A DNA stretch of 64,000 bases, from positions 27,565 through 91,564 of the forward strand of contig NMRA01000718.1 in assembly GCA_002633005.1 (NCBI GenBank), given 5' to 3'. The notes beneath the pieces are model-generated. The model was not told the DNA's origin, did no database searches, and saw only the letters and a list, made by a program, of their open reading frames with translations. Positions within the stretch are counted from its first letter, which is position 1, and every line of letters starts with the position of its first letter. Positions 1 to 12,795 of this stretch are shown in pieces. The translations under genes were made by a program, and so were the position numbers. This DNA comes from Phoronis australis. Lineage: Eukaryota > Animalia > Phoronida.

Positions 1-133
1 TCAAGGGGGCCATGCCCCCCTAAAATTCTCCCAGATTCCATTTGGCAGTTCGGGGGTGCGAATGTCTGACACGCAAAATCTTGGTTAATACTCTGCCGTG
101 CCCCCCCCTAACTAAATCCTGAATTTGCGCCTG
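1..133 (-). mobile_element. Short hAT-like MITE (same family as 38391-38550), cut by the window start
   Basis: Reverse complement aligns with 38391-38530 (GGCCATGCCCCCC..TAAAATTCTCCC..GGGGTGCGAATGTCTGAC..AATCCTG..CGC(C)CCTG). Repeated at 760-870 by the local duplication. Confidence 0.7.
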
Positions 134-1490
134 TACTACCAGGTGATGTGCTTTGCAACTGGTTGGTTGTCATCCGAGTAAGGTGTACACGAAACTAGTA
201 GGTTGATATCATTTTGACATGGCTCGGAGCCGTATAAGTTTCATGAATATTTTGACTTGGTAACTGTATTTTACTCCTCACTCATAGGTGCAATTTTCAA
301 ATATAAAATGTTCCTGCGTTTAGAGTGTCGAATTTTCGTGAAATTTGGTTAATGAGTTTGTTGTGTGCCAAAATGACAAAATTTTGAAATATGAGATCGT
401 GCATTTTACGTCGTTATTGATAAAAATAATGTCTCAGGTATTCTTACAACACGCTCATTTAAACACTGTTCACTGACAGTTGGTCATCAAGGTTAAAATA
501 ACAATGACATCGCCACCTAGTGGTAGAATATAAAATTGCTTTTAATTTCAGATGTCTTAATGGACCGTCTTGGACTCTTTCAACACGCAAGTGAAAATCT
601 AGGTTTTCAAGCTGTTTCAGATGAACAACGGATGGTGACAGGTTGTTAAGCAGGATAAAGTAAGACTTGTGAGGCAAATATAAAGAAAAGTAGAACAAAA
701 GTAGCCCTCGGTTCTGCATCGACTCTTCTAGAGATACTTACCCCATATCACGATAAGTNTAAAATTCTCCCAGATTCCATTTGGCAGTTCGGGGGTGCGA
801 ATGTCTGACACGCAAAATCTTGGTTAATACTCTGCCGTGCACCCCCTAACTAAATCCTGAATTTGCGCCTGTACTACCAGGTGGTGTGCTTTGCAACTGG
901 TTGGTTGTCATCCGAGTAAGGTGTACACGAAACTAGTAGGTTGATATCATTTTGACATGGCTCGGAGCCGTATAAGTTTCATGAATATTTTGACATGGTA
1001 ACTGTATTTTACTCCTCACTCATAGGTGCAATTTTCAAATATAAAATGTTCCCGCGTTTAGAGTGTCGAATTTTCGTGAAATTTGGTTAATGAATTTGTT
1101 GTGTGCCAAAATGACAAAATTTTGAAATATGAGATCGTGCATTTTACGTCGTTATTGATAAAAATAATGTCTCAGGTATTCTGACAACACGCTCATTTAA
1201 ACACTGTTCAGTTGGTCATCAAGGTTAAAATAACAATGACATCGCCACCTAGAGGTAGAATATAAAATTGCTTTTAATTTCAGATGTCTTAATGGACCGT
1301 CTTGGACTCTTTCAACACGCAAGTGAAAATCTAGGTTTTCAAGCTGTTTCAGATGAACAACGGATGGTGACAGTTTGTTAAGCAGGATAAAGTAAGACTT
1401 GTGAGGCAAATAAAAAGAAAAGTAGAACAAAAGTAGCCCTCGGTTCTGCATCGACTCTTCTAGAGATACTTACCCCATATCACGATAAGT
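21..1490. repeat. ~735-bp direct duplication (21-758 / 760-1490) joined at a single n; probably uncollapsed haplotypes
   Basis: Both copies run from TAAAATTCTCCCAGATTCC to CCCCATATCACGATAAGT, with n at 759. They differ by about ten substitutions and small indels. Confidence 0.9.
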
Positions 1491-1774
1491 ACACAACACT
1501 GACCCACAGAAAGCCTAAAGATTCAACAACAGGTAATTTCAACTTCGTCCGCCAAAATCGGACCCCTGGTCCGCCACCAGTTTCCTCCACTTGCTGCTTT
1601 TCTTCACGAGTGACAAAAACGTCATTTGTAATCCACAGTAACACAATTTGGGTGAGTCCATTGAAAACAGTAATGGACGAAGTTGTGTCAGCCCAAATTG
1701 AAACACACAATAGGGAAAATTTGAACATTTAAACATTTCCCAAATTATTTAGGTGCTCAATTTTACTCATATTG

Positions 1775-1997
1775 ACAGTACGCATCGGCTTTTTGGGAAG
1801 AATTGTGTACTTTGACCGCGTATTTGTTGCAAATTCGCAGGAGCAGAACACCGCAAATGCAATCAGAGGAAAGAACAATTGCTCATGGTTTGTTGAACCT
1901 CTGTTTTGTGTAAATTTATTGAGTTTTGTGTTTGATGTGGGCGGATGAAGTGAAGCACCTGTAGAATTCCTTGCCCCTAGTGTCATACCTTGTAGTA
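1775..1997 (+). repeat. Diverged single copy of the arm of the foldback element at 19588-20302
   Basis: AAAGAACAATTGCTCATGGTTTGTTGAACCTCTGTTTTGTGTAAATTTATTGAGTTTTGTG...GTCATACCTTGTAGTA matches 20130-20256. Confidence 0.8.
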
Positions 1998-2192
1998 CTG
2001 GTATAGTAGATAAGAGCACAGGTCAAATTCCTGGACTTAATTTACTCAAAACAGCTCCCATCTAGTCCACAAAACTGCCGTCAAATCCGAGCGACACTAT
2101 TTCATTCATTTGTGGGGAGCTACACAGGCCTATACTGTGGCGTTAGACCTTTAACCTCAGAATTGTCATTAAGTCTAATTTATACTTTTCAG

Positions 2193-2630
2193 ATCGACGA
2201 ATCGAAATTCGTCAGAAGAGAGTGCCGGTACAACAAGGAACGCCACGTGGACGGGAAATGGGAGCCCGGCGGCATCAACAGAATGGACAAGAACGAGATG
2301 TTCCTCGTAGGGGCCTACCTGTCAACCGCAATGCTGCTTCCCATCATCACGCTCACGTCTGTTCGGGTATTCGCACTATCACGGATGAATGGCATGCGTA
2401 CCGCGGGTTTAATCAACTTGGCAAGCTACACGACACAGTGAACCACACCTTGAACTTCGTAGAGCAGGCGGACCCCACCTGCCATACAAATAATATCGAG
2501 GGACTCTGGCGGTACGTGAAGCGCAAGTTCAAAAGGATGCCGGAAACACTCAGGGATGGACCACTACACGAGTAAAAGACACGACAGCAACGCCTTCCTC
2601 GCCGCAATGATTGAGCAGTATGTGATGTAG
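2193..2630 (+). pseudogene. Merlin (IS1595/ISXO2-like) DDE transposase remnant, frameshifted
   Basis: After an acceptor-like TTTATACTTTTCAG the frames give IDESKF..RYNKERHVDGKW..GGINR, LLPII, TITDEWHAYRGFNQLG..HDTVNHTLNFVE..DPTCHTNNIEGLWRYVKRK. These are the IDES / SDEWxAY / HxxVNH / HTNxIEGxW motifs of this family, spread over different frames. Confidence 0.9.
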
Positions 2631-2947
2631 GCGAAAGTCGCTTAATGTAAAAAAATCGTTAACTCTGTGCTGTTGTTGTACTTGTTGATAAAACACAGTG
2701 AGAATAATGTGTTATCTTGTTACCAGTCTTGTTTGTTATAAAATATTATAATGTTTATCGTAATTTATCTTCTCCTTTGAATTCTCAGTGATTATCACCA
2801 CTGACGTTGTCATGGTTGCCGTGTAGAGTCCATTTTAAACATAAACGCAAAACTCGTGTTTCATAAAAATTTTCACCTTTCTTCCCCCTAAAGGATATTT
2901 TTAATGGCACATTTGTTAACTGAAGTCTTTATTTGAAGTGGCGTAGT

Positions 2948-4897
2948 ACTTTTGTAAAGCTTAAAACCCGGACTTACCGTTACGGTTACGGCAGTATGGT
3001 ACAGAGGAACTTTTTATGGAAGTTCTCAACAAAATGGTCCCTTTTTATATCATCAACTCTTTAAAAGATCCAGAGTCTAATTTACCAGAGGCACACCTCA
3101 TCCAAAGTAGTGGAGTGCCCCCCGTGATCGAGTCCACACATGCTAGTTACAATATATTAACGTGTTAACCCTCGCCCTACGGGCGGGTAATGCGTCTCAA
3201 AAAGCTCTTCAGCGTATCTTTACGATTTTATTTTTTTTTTGTGAACAGATTGAAGAGGCGCTTCCTCTACCCCTTCCCCAAATCTATCCTAATGACTTCG
3301 AAGCACCGGGATATTCCAACATTAAACGTGATCGTATAAGTGCAATATTTTTTATTTACATGAGCTCGTGTAGGTATCGCCCTCGTAATATGCATGTAGG
3401 CCTACGATGAAAACGCAAACCCGATGACACATCGAGTCGATCATTTCTGCTTTCTACAAAAAACTAGTCACGATTCTATTTCTCGGCAAAATCTAGTTCC
3501 GTTTTACGCTCTTGTGATCATAAGAAACTTCAAAATGCCCAATATACGAGCGAAAAAGTTACGCGCCGGTATCTCGAAAAGGGCAACCTTTCATGCGCGA
3601 ATTTGATTCGTGCCCCCACCACCCCGTTGAAAAGTGACTCGTACAGCCATTTTCACGGAGTCAAAGCTTAGGGTCGCACCGGTGAGAAAAAAATTCCATC
3701 GCTTAGTAGCCAATAGTACAATGTATTACTCATATTGGGAAAACAAAAGCCTAGGCACGGAATTGGCATCATTTCATTAATTCGACGTTATCACTTGAAT
3801 GAAAAGGAAAAAACATTTCCTAAAATGGACTTTTTCTGATATTATTATATTTGAGAATTCGAATTAAAGCCAACTATTGAGTTTCAGAAACTCGGTCAGT
3901 CGACGCGTTGGTCCATGTTATCTTAGTAAAACTTTAGGGGGAATATCGCGGGCAAAGCATGCCGTGTTTCATTCGTTAGCAACAGGTGTTGCTGTGATCT
4001 CCCGTTGAGCGAAAATTCACCGGGAAATAGTGCGAACAAAAATTTGACGGTAAAATAGTAAGGGAACGAGGTAGGATACATTTTGGATTTGGAACGATGG
4101 GAGGAATCAAACNACTTTTGTAAAGCTTAAAACCCGGACTTACCGTTACGTGTAGGTATCGCCCTCGTAATATGCATGTAGGCCTACGATGAAAACGCAA
4201 ACTCAATGACACATCGAGTCGATCATTTCTGCTTTCTACAAAAAACTAGTCACGATTCTATTTCTCGGCAATATCTAGTTCCGTTTTACGCTCTTGTGAT
4301 CATAAGAAACTTCAAAATGCCCAATATATGAGCGAAAAAGGTACGCGCCGGTATCTCGAAAAGGGCAACCTTTCATGCGCGAATTTGATTCGTGCCCCCA
4401 CCACCCCGTTGAAAAGTGACTCGTACAGCCATTTTCACGGAGTCAAAGCTTAGGGTCGCACCGGTGAGAAAAAAATTCCATCGCTTAGTAGCCAATAGTA
4501 CAATGTATTACTCATATCGGGAAAACAAAAGCCTAGTAGGCACGGAATTGGCATCATTTCATTAATTCGACGTTATCACTTGAATGAAAAGGAAAAAACA
4601 TTTCCTAAAATGGACTTTTTCTGATATTATTATATTTGAGAATTCGAATTAAAACCAACTATTGAGTTTCAGAAACTCAGTCAGTCGACGCGTTGGTCCA
4701 TGTTATCTTAGTAAAACTTTCGGGGGAATATCGCGGGCAAAGCATGCCGTGTTTCATTCGTTAGCAACAGGTGTCGCTGTGATCTCCCGTTGAGCGAAAA
4801 TTCACCGAGAAATAGTGCGAACAAAAATTTGACGGTAAAATAGTAAGGGAACGAGGTAGGATACATTTTGGATTTGGAACGATGGGAGGAATCAAAC
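2948..4897. repeat. Second direct duplication (2948-4112 / 4114-4897) joined at a single n; copy 2 lacks 2985-3368
   Basis: Both copies start ACTTTTGTAAAGCTTAAAACCCGG and end GGAGGAATCAAAC, with n at 4113. Copy 2 joins ACCGTTACG directly to TGTAGGTATCG. Confidence 0.9.
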
Positions 4898-5049
4898 AAT
4901 ACCAAATTTGTGTGCAAGTCAATGTCGTCACATTGAAACATTGCTACGATTTTTGCCAGGTCGCCAAATACGACTTGGCGTTAATTTAGCTAGCGTCGAG
5001 CGCTACCATTTTTTAAAATATCTTGTGTTAAGCGTGGTCTAGCCGAGGG
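3169..5049. mobile_element. Possible piggyBac-like non-autonomous element (length inflated by the duplication)
   Basis: Left end TTAA|CCCTCGCCCTAC, right end CTAGCCGAGGG|TTTC. CCC..GGG termini with a TTAA site; the right TSD is degenerate. Confidence 0.4.
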
Positions 5050-5881
5050 TTTCTTACTGTGATACTGATCGCGGTAGATATTCAATTTCCATCTACCGCG
5101 GACACCAAAAGTTTTAAGCCTGTGATAGGCTGTTTTGCAGCGCCGTTTACTGTTCAACAAAGGGTACTGTTAATGCGTAGAACTTCGTTTTTGGTTAATG
5201 AACTACAAAATTTTATAATGTACTCACCGAGTGTTCTACTGCTGAGTTGCCACTCACTAGTAGACTACCACGTTGTTTTATTGGTCAGGTTTGCAAAAAA
5301 CAACAAATACACAGTCGTCAAACAAAGATAAGCTTACAGTATAAAACCATAAATGATGTCTATAAATTAGTAATAGTACATAAATCCTGAAATAAATGTC
5401 CATTTGAGGGAATTTAAAGATATCGCATGCTTACACTTCGTCTTCTTTCTCGCGTGGCGCGGACATGATTTATTTGCGCTAACTACATACAGAGTATACT
5501 ATACGGGTATTTATTTTCTCCACGGCAAAACAACCTCGATTAAGCTTGACCCACCCTTATGAAAAAGCCACACAAATATTTCTTAATTGAACTGCGCAAC
5601 GAAAATTGTGCACTTGAGCAAAGACCATTTAAACCTAGAACTCTGTTCCTTTACACGCACGGTGTCGGAAGCGCGCGCGTGTACACAAATACAACGCTTA
5701 GGCAGGAACATCTACCAGTGAGTTTTGCAACAAACATAGTTAGTGTCTCATTGCGGAATGCTCGAGTTTGTGTAATTTGTCTTGCATGCTTTAAGAAGTG
5801 TGTTCTGAATACATCCCTGTACTGGCCGCGTCTTCAATAAATTATCTATTCGGAAATTACAATTTGATAGAGTGGCATAAT

Positions 5882-6150
5882 CAGGATGCTCCATCGAAGC
5901 AGGAACCCCGGTGTAAAACAGATATCCTGAAGTCGCAACTTCAAAACAGCTAACCAGCCCGAAAAACACGAACCCTGATCTTTAAAACAGGAACCCCGGG
6001 GATTGGGACAGGAAACCCGGACAATTTTTAAAATTTTCTCAGACCGTTGTCAGTAGCTTCAAACTTGGAGTTAAAGCATCTTCAAATACTTTCCAGTTGT
6101 TTTCTGCATTTGCTTGTTAAAAATTGTCAATAATAAAACGTAACTTACAT
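5882..6150 (+). mobile_element. End of a hAT-like element family (related to 18505-18660 and 19300-19559)
   Basis: CAGGATGCTCCATCGAAGC...AAAACAGCTAACCAGCCC...GGACAATTTTTAAAATTTTCT..AGACCGTTGTCAGTAGC..GTTAAAAATTGTCAATAATAAA matches the reverse complement of 19300-19559. Confidence 0.7.
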
Positions 6151-6595
6151 TATACCGACTTTCAACGTAATCTATAATCTCAACACGTTATTATCTCCGT
6201 GAATATTTAATTAAGTTCAGATTATTCAATAGTTTCTCCAAAATCATTTTCAAAAACGAAAAAACAAAAATATTATTTCCGACTTTCGAGCGCCATTTTT
6301 GATTAATTCCTTTAAATATCTTTACAATTGGCCGCATTTTAAGGTTCAACAATTTACTTGTCGAGAGTACATCGTTAATTCCAACACAATCAATTATTTC
6401 CGAATTTTGAAATGGAACCCAAGAATACATGCTCTTATAATTTAAACGGCCATCTGACGAAGGAGAGCTCACTCGTTGGCTGACTTTAAAAATAATAAAA
6501 GCTGAATTTCGATCTGTTTAGCTCGGCGAAAGAAAATCGAATTGGGCCTTTTACTCTAACTGATAAAAATCCGTCTCATAGTATTCCTTACCGTG

Positions 6596-7870
6596 ATACA
6601 GTTCTACATTTCTGCTACCAACAAGAACACCGAAACCATCAGCGACTCAAGAAAACGCTTCAGAGTTTATTGGTGTCCGTCAACCCTAAAAATCCGAATT
6701 TGAAAACGATGCATGTAAACATTTCCTGTGACTTACGTTGATTATGGAAACGGAATCCTATCAAGGTAAAGAAAGTTATGAGACCGATTTTACACGATTA
6801 AAAGCCCTAATTCAATTCAGTGAATAACTAGTTCAAATGTTGGCATTCAAATACAGACTGGAAGGGCTATGAACCAAGCACACCGGTCTTGTATATTTCA
6901 TGGTAATCCATTCTTGCCACATATCAAGACTTGTTTTTTTAATTTTTGCAAATTTGTCGGAGGAATCCCCTCAAACTTCTCGTGGTTCATAGGCTAACTT
7001 GACCCCCATGAGCTACTTATTGTAAGCTGGCATTTGGAGTTATGATTTCAGAAGACATCTCAACATGCTAATCATTAAAAATTCAATTCAGTGTGCAGAG
7101 AAACACTATTTGAGACTCGACAGATCAAAGGTTTTGTTCTTTCTGATTTCCATGGTAATGCGTCTATTAAAATGCACTAGAGATCCTGAGTCATAAATGA
7201 TTTTTGCCAATTATAAACAGATATTGAGAGAAATTTATGTTTTGGTGAATTCTGATCTAGGTTACCCTTCTCCCAAGTAGCAAATTTCGCAGAAGATTTA
7301 GTGTGGCTTGTTTCATGAACGATGACTTAAAAGCCTAAAACCGAAGTTTGATCTTAGGCTCCATATTAGCTATTTCTTAGAAATAGTTTAAGCTGACTTC
7401 AGCTAAAGAACAAACTCTCACCCACCTTTGATAATTACTGTACAGTATGTTTATTTCCAGCCACTGCTGTGATAATAAGTGATGACGTAACTTTCATTTT
7501 GCAATTGTGGAGTCGAAGTGTAACGAACCAAATTTCCCTCTTAAGTTAAAAGTCACTTTTCACGAAATAGACCACTGAAGTGTCCATTGTCAGCTAAGAT
7601 GTTAAAAGGAGGGTGGGGATAACCACAATTCTGGATTACGGGAAAGCGTTTGCGTATCCCCTAAAATTGGCTTGGTCGCGTCCGGCAATGGGTTGCGGTA
7701 TAAAGCTGCATTTCGCCCTGTTTAGCATCCAGTTAGACCTTCTGCTATCCTAAATTTGGTCTTATTGTATTTCTAACCCATACTGGATTCTATTTCCTTA
7801 CCAATAAGAACATCATAACCATCAACGACTCAAGAACGCTTTAGAATTTATTGGGGTTGAACAACCCTAA
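6596..7870 (+). repeat. Two diverged ~90-bp direct copies (about 6596-6688 and 7779-7870) of an unclassified interspersed repeat
   Basis: TACCAA(C/T)AAGAACA..AACCATCA(G/A)CGACTCAAGAA..CGCTT(C/T)AGA(G/A)TTTATTGG..CAACCCTAA occurs twice. Confidence 0.65.
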
Positions 7871-10149
7871 CTGCGGAGTTGGAATGGCGCCTGTCTTGCA
7901 TTGCATGCCAACTTGAGTTCATTCGGCAATAATACAAGAATGGATGAGCGGGTTAATGTTTTTAAGCCCGGGAGCGTTAAGAATTCAACTTTGACACCTA
8001 AACAGGTGCGATGTGCAGCTTTATGAAGTCGATGTTTCGGTTTACTTTAAAGTAAGTTTTGAGTTGATGAAATTCGTACAAATCTACATCATGTGTCCCT
8101 TTCCCCAATAGCAAACCCCGGATACGCCACCAAATTTAGGTATTTCCGTACTTTCAATCGTCGTCATTGACGCATCTGACTTCCGCTTGACACTATCACA
8201 CGTGCGATTCATCAAAAGTGAGAATTCCAGTTTTTATGCTATGTATCAAAGTCCGTTTTTACTCCACTTTTCATATATATGTAAATACGTGGAGCGTGTC
8301 TCTAAATACTTATTTTCAGACAGGTTATTTGTCTAGTAAATACGGGTATTCAATAGGCCATGAAATATGCCGTGAAATAGGGGAAAATAGAGCCATTCCG
8401 TATACAGCAGTGGCGGAAGTATTTCACGGTTGGTGTACAATCTCATGGTGGAGTAAATTCGCGTGTACGACGGCAAATTTGGGTTACAGAAAATATTGAT
8501 ACAAGGCGTCGTTCCTGAAACAGCAGTTTTACTGCTCTAAAATCTATAAAGTTTCAGCAAAGATTTACAGATGAAAATTCCGATCAGTTGGTTATTTTTA
8601 ACCTCGATAGTTTTAATCTGGGTCATTACAATATGTCAATTGCCAACAAAACCAGGCAAAATTCTGATTCAAACCAAACGGAAATGTTTTGTTACAGATG
8701 CATACTATCCACACAGAAATCTAATGATATTTGCAGGAAATAGGGACCTACTATCGAGCATTTGTTTTTTTACTGACACAGTCCGCTTGCTCACAGCGTT
8801 CCTGTGCTCTCCTCTCTAATAGCGTAAAACTGCTTTTTGCGATACAGTCCTTACCTCAAGTTCTGTAAATCAGCACAGATTCCACTGTTATTTTCCAGTA
8901 CTGTGATCCGTTCCACGAAAATAGACCTAGAAAACTAAGAATTCATCGCAGCTAAAACTACAGTACGTTGTACAACTGTTCAGTTAATGTTTCAGTTTTA
9001 TATTTCTGGATGGATTGTTTCCTTGTTTCCAAGTTTTCGATGAACTTTATAATATTGTTGAATTTAAGTTGTATATTTCACAGACTGGAATTCCTTATCA
9101 ATTTATTATTAAAAAAAACTTAACTAGTTATTCAACATCACAGATGATCGTGTCGCTCAACCGGCACCGGCACGCTTGCTACAGATGACGTCATATAACC
9201 TAAGCCAAAGCACATGCCAACAAGATATCGCTGCTATCCAAATAAGTTCATATACATGAGATAAATAGGTTATCCTACATACACAGGAATACTACTGAGA
9301 TATCCTACCTCGAATATTCACTTCATCTTAGAATGTCCCAACTTTGCCTTCTGTCTCTTTGGGACATTCCCAGATGAAATGAATTCGAGATATGATATGA
9401 TAGTGACGTATTCCTATGTATGTGCCGATAACCTATATTTTTAGTCGGTGGCATCATGCTGTAATACTCAAACAATGTGCTAGTAATAGCTTGTGGTTTT
9501 TCCAATAACCGGAGACCCTGACTGAGCTTGACATAATTCTGACATTTGAAGACTAAGGTGTCGCAGCAGTGCGCAGTCGGATATGCTCATAACACAGTGA
9601 CAAGCGCACAGCGTTATCGTTGCGCGACTGTAACTGTGTTAAGATGAGCCAGTCAGGTTGAGTCACGTAGTCACACCGTGTTGGATGGATGGAGCGATAA
9701 ATCCACAGAAACTGTTGCACAAACGTTCATGTAAGTTAGACTTTTTTAAAGTGGTAGTTGTTAGAATCAAATCGCTGTGTGGACTGGTGTATCTAAACAT
9801 ATTCTCAAATCGTCGGCAACACATTTGCTTCATTTTTGGGGGGCTCTTCTTTCACTCGGTGAATTAATGCACTCGTCGCGTTAAAGGCGAAGGCAACCTT
9901 TTTTCATGTCATTTTGAGCTAAAATAAGGTTCGTTGGTTATCCTAGACATATTTTCCACTTAATTGCAGCTTTTCGTAATTTTGTTAATTACTCGTCCGC
10001 TACTCGGGAAGTGACGTTTTAGGAGGCAAGCATTTCGCGCCAATTTCTTTTCATATAGTCTGACTGTGAGAGCTGCCGAGTCAGTCTGTGTTCCACCTCG
10101 GTTGTGTTACGTTACGTGGTCGCTTGCTTTTATTTACTAGTCACTCCAC

Positions 10150-10644
10150 ATGCCACATTGTTGCTGCCTACCGGGATGTACTAATTATCGTCTAACGCGC
10201 GCTTTGGGAGTACCTTAGCATCGCTTCCCGATGGATGACACACTTCGCCGTACTTGGCTCGTTCGTTTGAACAACGCAGCGTTACCCGTCCACGCAACGT
10301 ACAAAGCAGTCAAGAATTACCGTGTGTGTGGCAAGCACTTTCTGCCGTCCAATTACGAAAGGGATTTGTACACTGAACTGATGAAAGTCCCTGCGAAACA
10401 ACGCCTGAATAAGGATGCCATTCCGTTTGTGTTGATTCCCGGCAGTGCCCCGTCGCCACCCCCGAGAAGTGCGTTTTTGAAGAGAAAAGCCTCGCGAACT
10501 GTGGCCAGTACAGTGACTTAAGCCAGTGGAGGCACTTCATCCTCTGTCACCCGTGCCTACAAACGTACCCCAGAGCGTGCCATTCCTGGAACCAGTAGTG
10601 ATTCTCCCTGTGCAGTTTTCTCCAGCCCAGAGCCTCTAAGCAGC
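10150..10644 (+). pseudogene. THAP-domain N-terminus of a Kolobok transposase, with premature stops
   Basis: MPHCCCLPGCTNYRLTRALGVP*HRFPMDDTLRRTWLVRL...RVCGKHF...RLNKDAIP carries the C2CH, FP, W, CxxHF and AVP-box motifs. TAG at 10216-10218 (TTG in copy 3) and TAA at 10519-10521. Confidence 0.9.
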
Positions 10645-10784
10645 GTACTCTGCCTCGTTATACTCGGGCTCAAACATGTACCGTCTGAATGTCCGTGAAA
10701 AAATTCCTCGTCACCACTGATGTAAACAAGGTCTCCGTCACTCACACTACTGTCACTGTAATAGGGGTCACCAACTCCAGCCAT
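10645..10784 (-). pseudogene. KolX-like N-terminal stub
   Basis: ATG at 10784 opens the acidic MAGVGDPYYSDSSVSDGDLVYISGDEEFF. After a frameshift the sequence reads YMFEPEYNEAEY, resembling the PYMFEPE motif of KolX / P2X7-ballast-like proteins. It is convergent with the THAP ORF. Confidence 0.7.
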
Positions 10785-11120
10785 TTTCAGCTTACAACAC
10801 ACTAAACAATCCCTAAATCCAACGTAGTTGAGTTCTTTGCTAACCTATCTTGCCGTAGAATATTCGCCGATGGAAAGTGGTGGCGACAATTGTTGAAAAA
10901 CAGCACAAAACAAAAGTACAATAGAACAGATTCGCACGGTAAACTCAACGCAAAACCAAGTGGCGGGNTTATTGCGGGATATATATTGCTCCGGGGCATA
11001 TACCCAATGGGGCATATATAATTGCGGGCTATATATTTTATATATACCCCGGAACAAGGTCTCAAAATTTTACCCCGCTGCAAGGTTTCAAATAATAACC
11101 CCACATCTGCATATAAACAC

Positions 11121-11121
<1 letters not shown>

Positions 11122-11153
<32 letters not shown>

Positions 11154-11306
11154 ATATACCATTGACGTCATTCGTTTGAGCGGTCTATCCTATATATATA
11201 TATAGGGTAGACCACCGACTTCATTCGTTGGAGTGGTCTATCCCATATATATATAGGATATACCATTGACGTCATTCGTTTGATTGGTCTATCCTATATA
11301 TATATA
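11122..11306. repeat. (TA)n microsatellite interleaved with three ~42-bp hairpin units
   Basis: Units of TAGG(A/G)TA(T/G)ACC..TCATTCGTT..GGTCTATCC separated by TA runs. Confidence 0.85.
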
Positions 11307-12139
11307 GCTCATTTATTTGAGAAAAGCTCATTTCAAATGAGAAGGTGTTAGTTACGAACGCCGAAGCTGCTGGGTCGAATACATGTACCTACTATTGATA
11401 CATGTACATACTATTTTTATATTTACAATACTTACGCGATTAGCACCTGTAGCTCCTTTGAATACTAAACCCTGCTTTGATGATTACAACCATTCATCTT
11501 TCTGTCAACTGCTAAAGCATCATTGGCGTCAATCACGTGGGAATCGACCAAAATAATCCTTATGTCACAGATTGGATGTTGTAGTTCTTGCTAGGTGGTC
11601 TTTCCCCACAGTTGTCATGTAATTTGCTAAAAGCAAAGGTCACGCTTGCCCGTATAGCAGACCTTGAAAAGAGTTTCAAATTGTCCTTCAAAATTTTGAG
11701 GGTTGTAGATGGTCACAGAGCATTATTTTTCAGAGAATTGGATGGGAAAGTTGTTTTTAAAAGGGAATTGTATTTTATTCTGAATAAATTTTGTTTAGTT
11801 TTTTATAAGTTGTTGATTAATTTCACAAATAATTTTTACATTTTCTAACGAAACTAAGAAAATCACCCGCTTAGAGGGCTGCTTCTCGTGACGTATTTGA
11901 TGGGGGTGAAGTCAATGTCCTATTTTAGCGGCAATTAAGTGGCGTTCTTCAAATTGTCGGATTAAGAAATTTTAGTGTGAAATGTCGGTTCACCAGGGAT
12001 ACCTGTTTGAGCCTAGTCAACAGTGTCAACACAGAATGATACCCAGTCGTCATCATCTTCAGAAGAAAATATGCCGGTGCACCCACCCCGTACAGCATCA
12101 CCAGTTTTCACTGGTGTGACTGTGAGCTGAGGGAATTTA

Positions 12140-12795
12140 GCCAGCCAGCTAGCTGCCAGCCAATACTCAGCTCTGTGAGCTTTTTAACGAATGGTTAGTT
12201 AGTTATCGACTATAACTGTATGGAGACTATCGTACCACTGTGTGTTGAGCTACGTACGACCCCGGAATTTTATACAGCCCGTTGATTACCCAGGTAGTTA
12301 TGCTCGTCACTTCGTAGTGAAACTTACATCAACCGACCGGCGGGGCGCTTGCAAAATCTGGTAGTCAACTCACGCTCACCTTGTTCGTTGCAGCCGTTTA
12401 AGTGGAAACAATCTAATAAACGTCATTTTCTAACACAATTCGCCTCCTTTTGTAACAAAGAAAAATCTGTCGTACGTTTTCATAAACAGGACGCTTCTGA
12501 CACGGTGCACGCACCATTTCCNNNNNNNNNNNNNNNNNNNNNNNNNNNNNNNNNNNNNNNNNNNNNNNNNNNNGGGAGAAAAACTGGTCAAGGTCAGGTG
12601 ACGTAATCGCCAAAAGCCGACTCAAAAGAACTCATCACAATTTCAGCAGCAGCCAATTAACGACAGAACGCTAACTTTTTCAACACCGTAAGTTAGTTTA
12701 CTCAAGGAAGAGCGTAGTTTTAATGACACTAATTTTGTTCGTCCATTTTTTACCCACATCGGCGCAAACCTGTATGTTTAGTATACAGTTTTGGG
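12140..12795 (+). mobile_element. Interspersed element family copy (same as 46111-46917; partial inverted copy at about 18955-19110)
   Basis: Shared blocks AGCCAGCCAGCTAGCTG, CAGCCGTTTAAGTG(G/A)AA, CACGCACCATTTCC, CTCAAGGA..GTAGTTTT..AATGACACTAATTT and TTTTTTACCCACATCGG(C/T)GCAAA..TTTAGTATACAG. Confidence 0.8.

Larger units (their letters stand above)
9885..10967 (+). mobile_element. Internally deleted Kolobok-type DNA transposon, copy 1 (right TIR lost at contig join n10968)
   Basis: TTAA (9881-9884) is followed by the AGGCGAAGGCAACC TIR shared with copies 2 and 3. THAP ORF on +, KolX-like stub on -. Confidence 0.85.

Noticed and set aside
11122-11306. Hairpin repeats as a CRISPR-like array
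   Set aside because: The intervening sequence is only (TA)n, and the context is eukaryotic.
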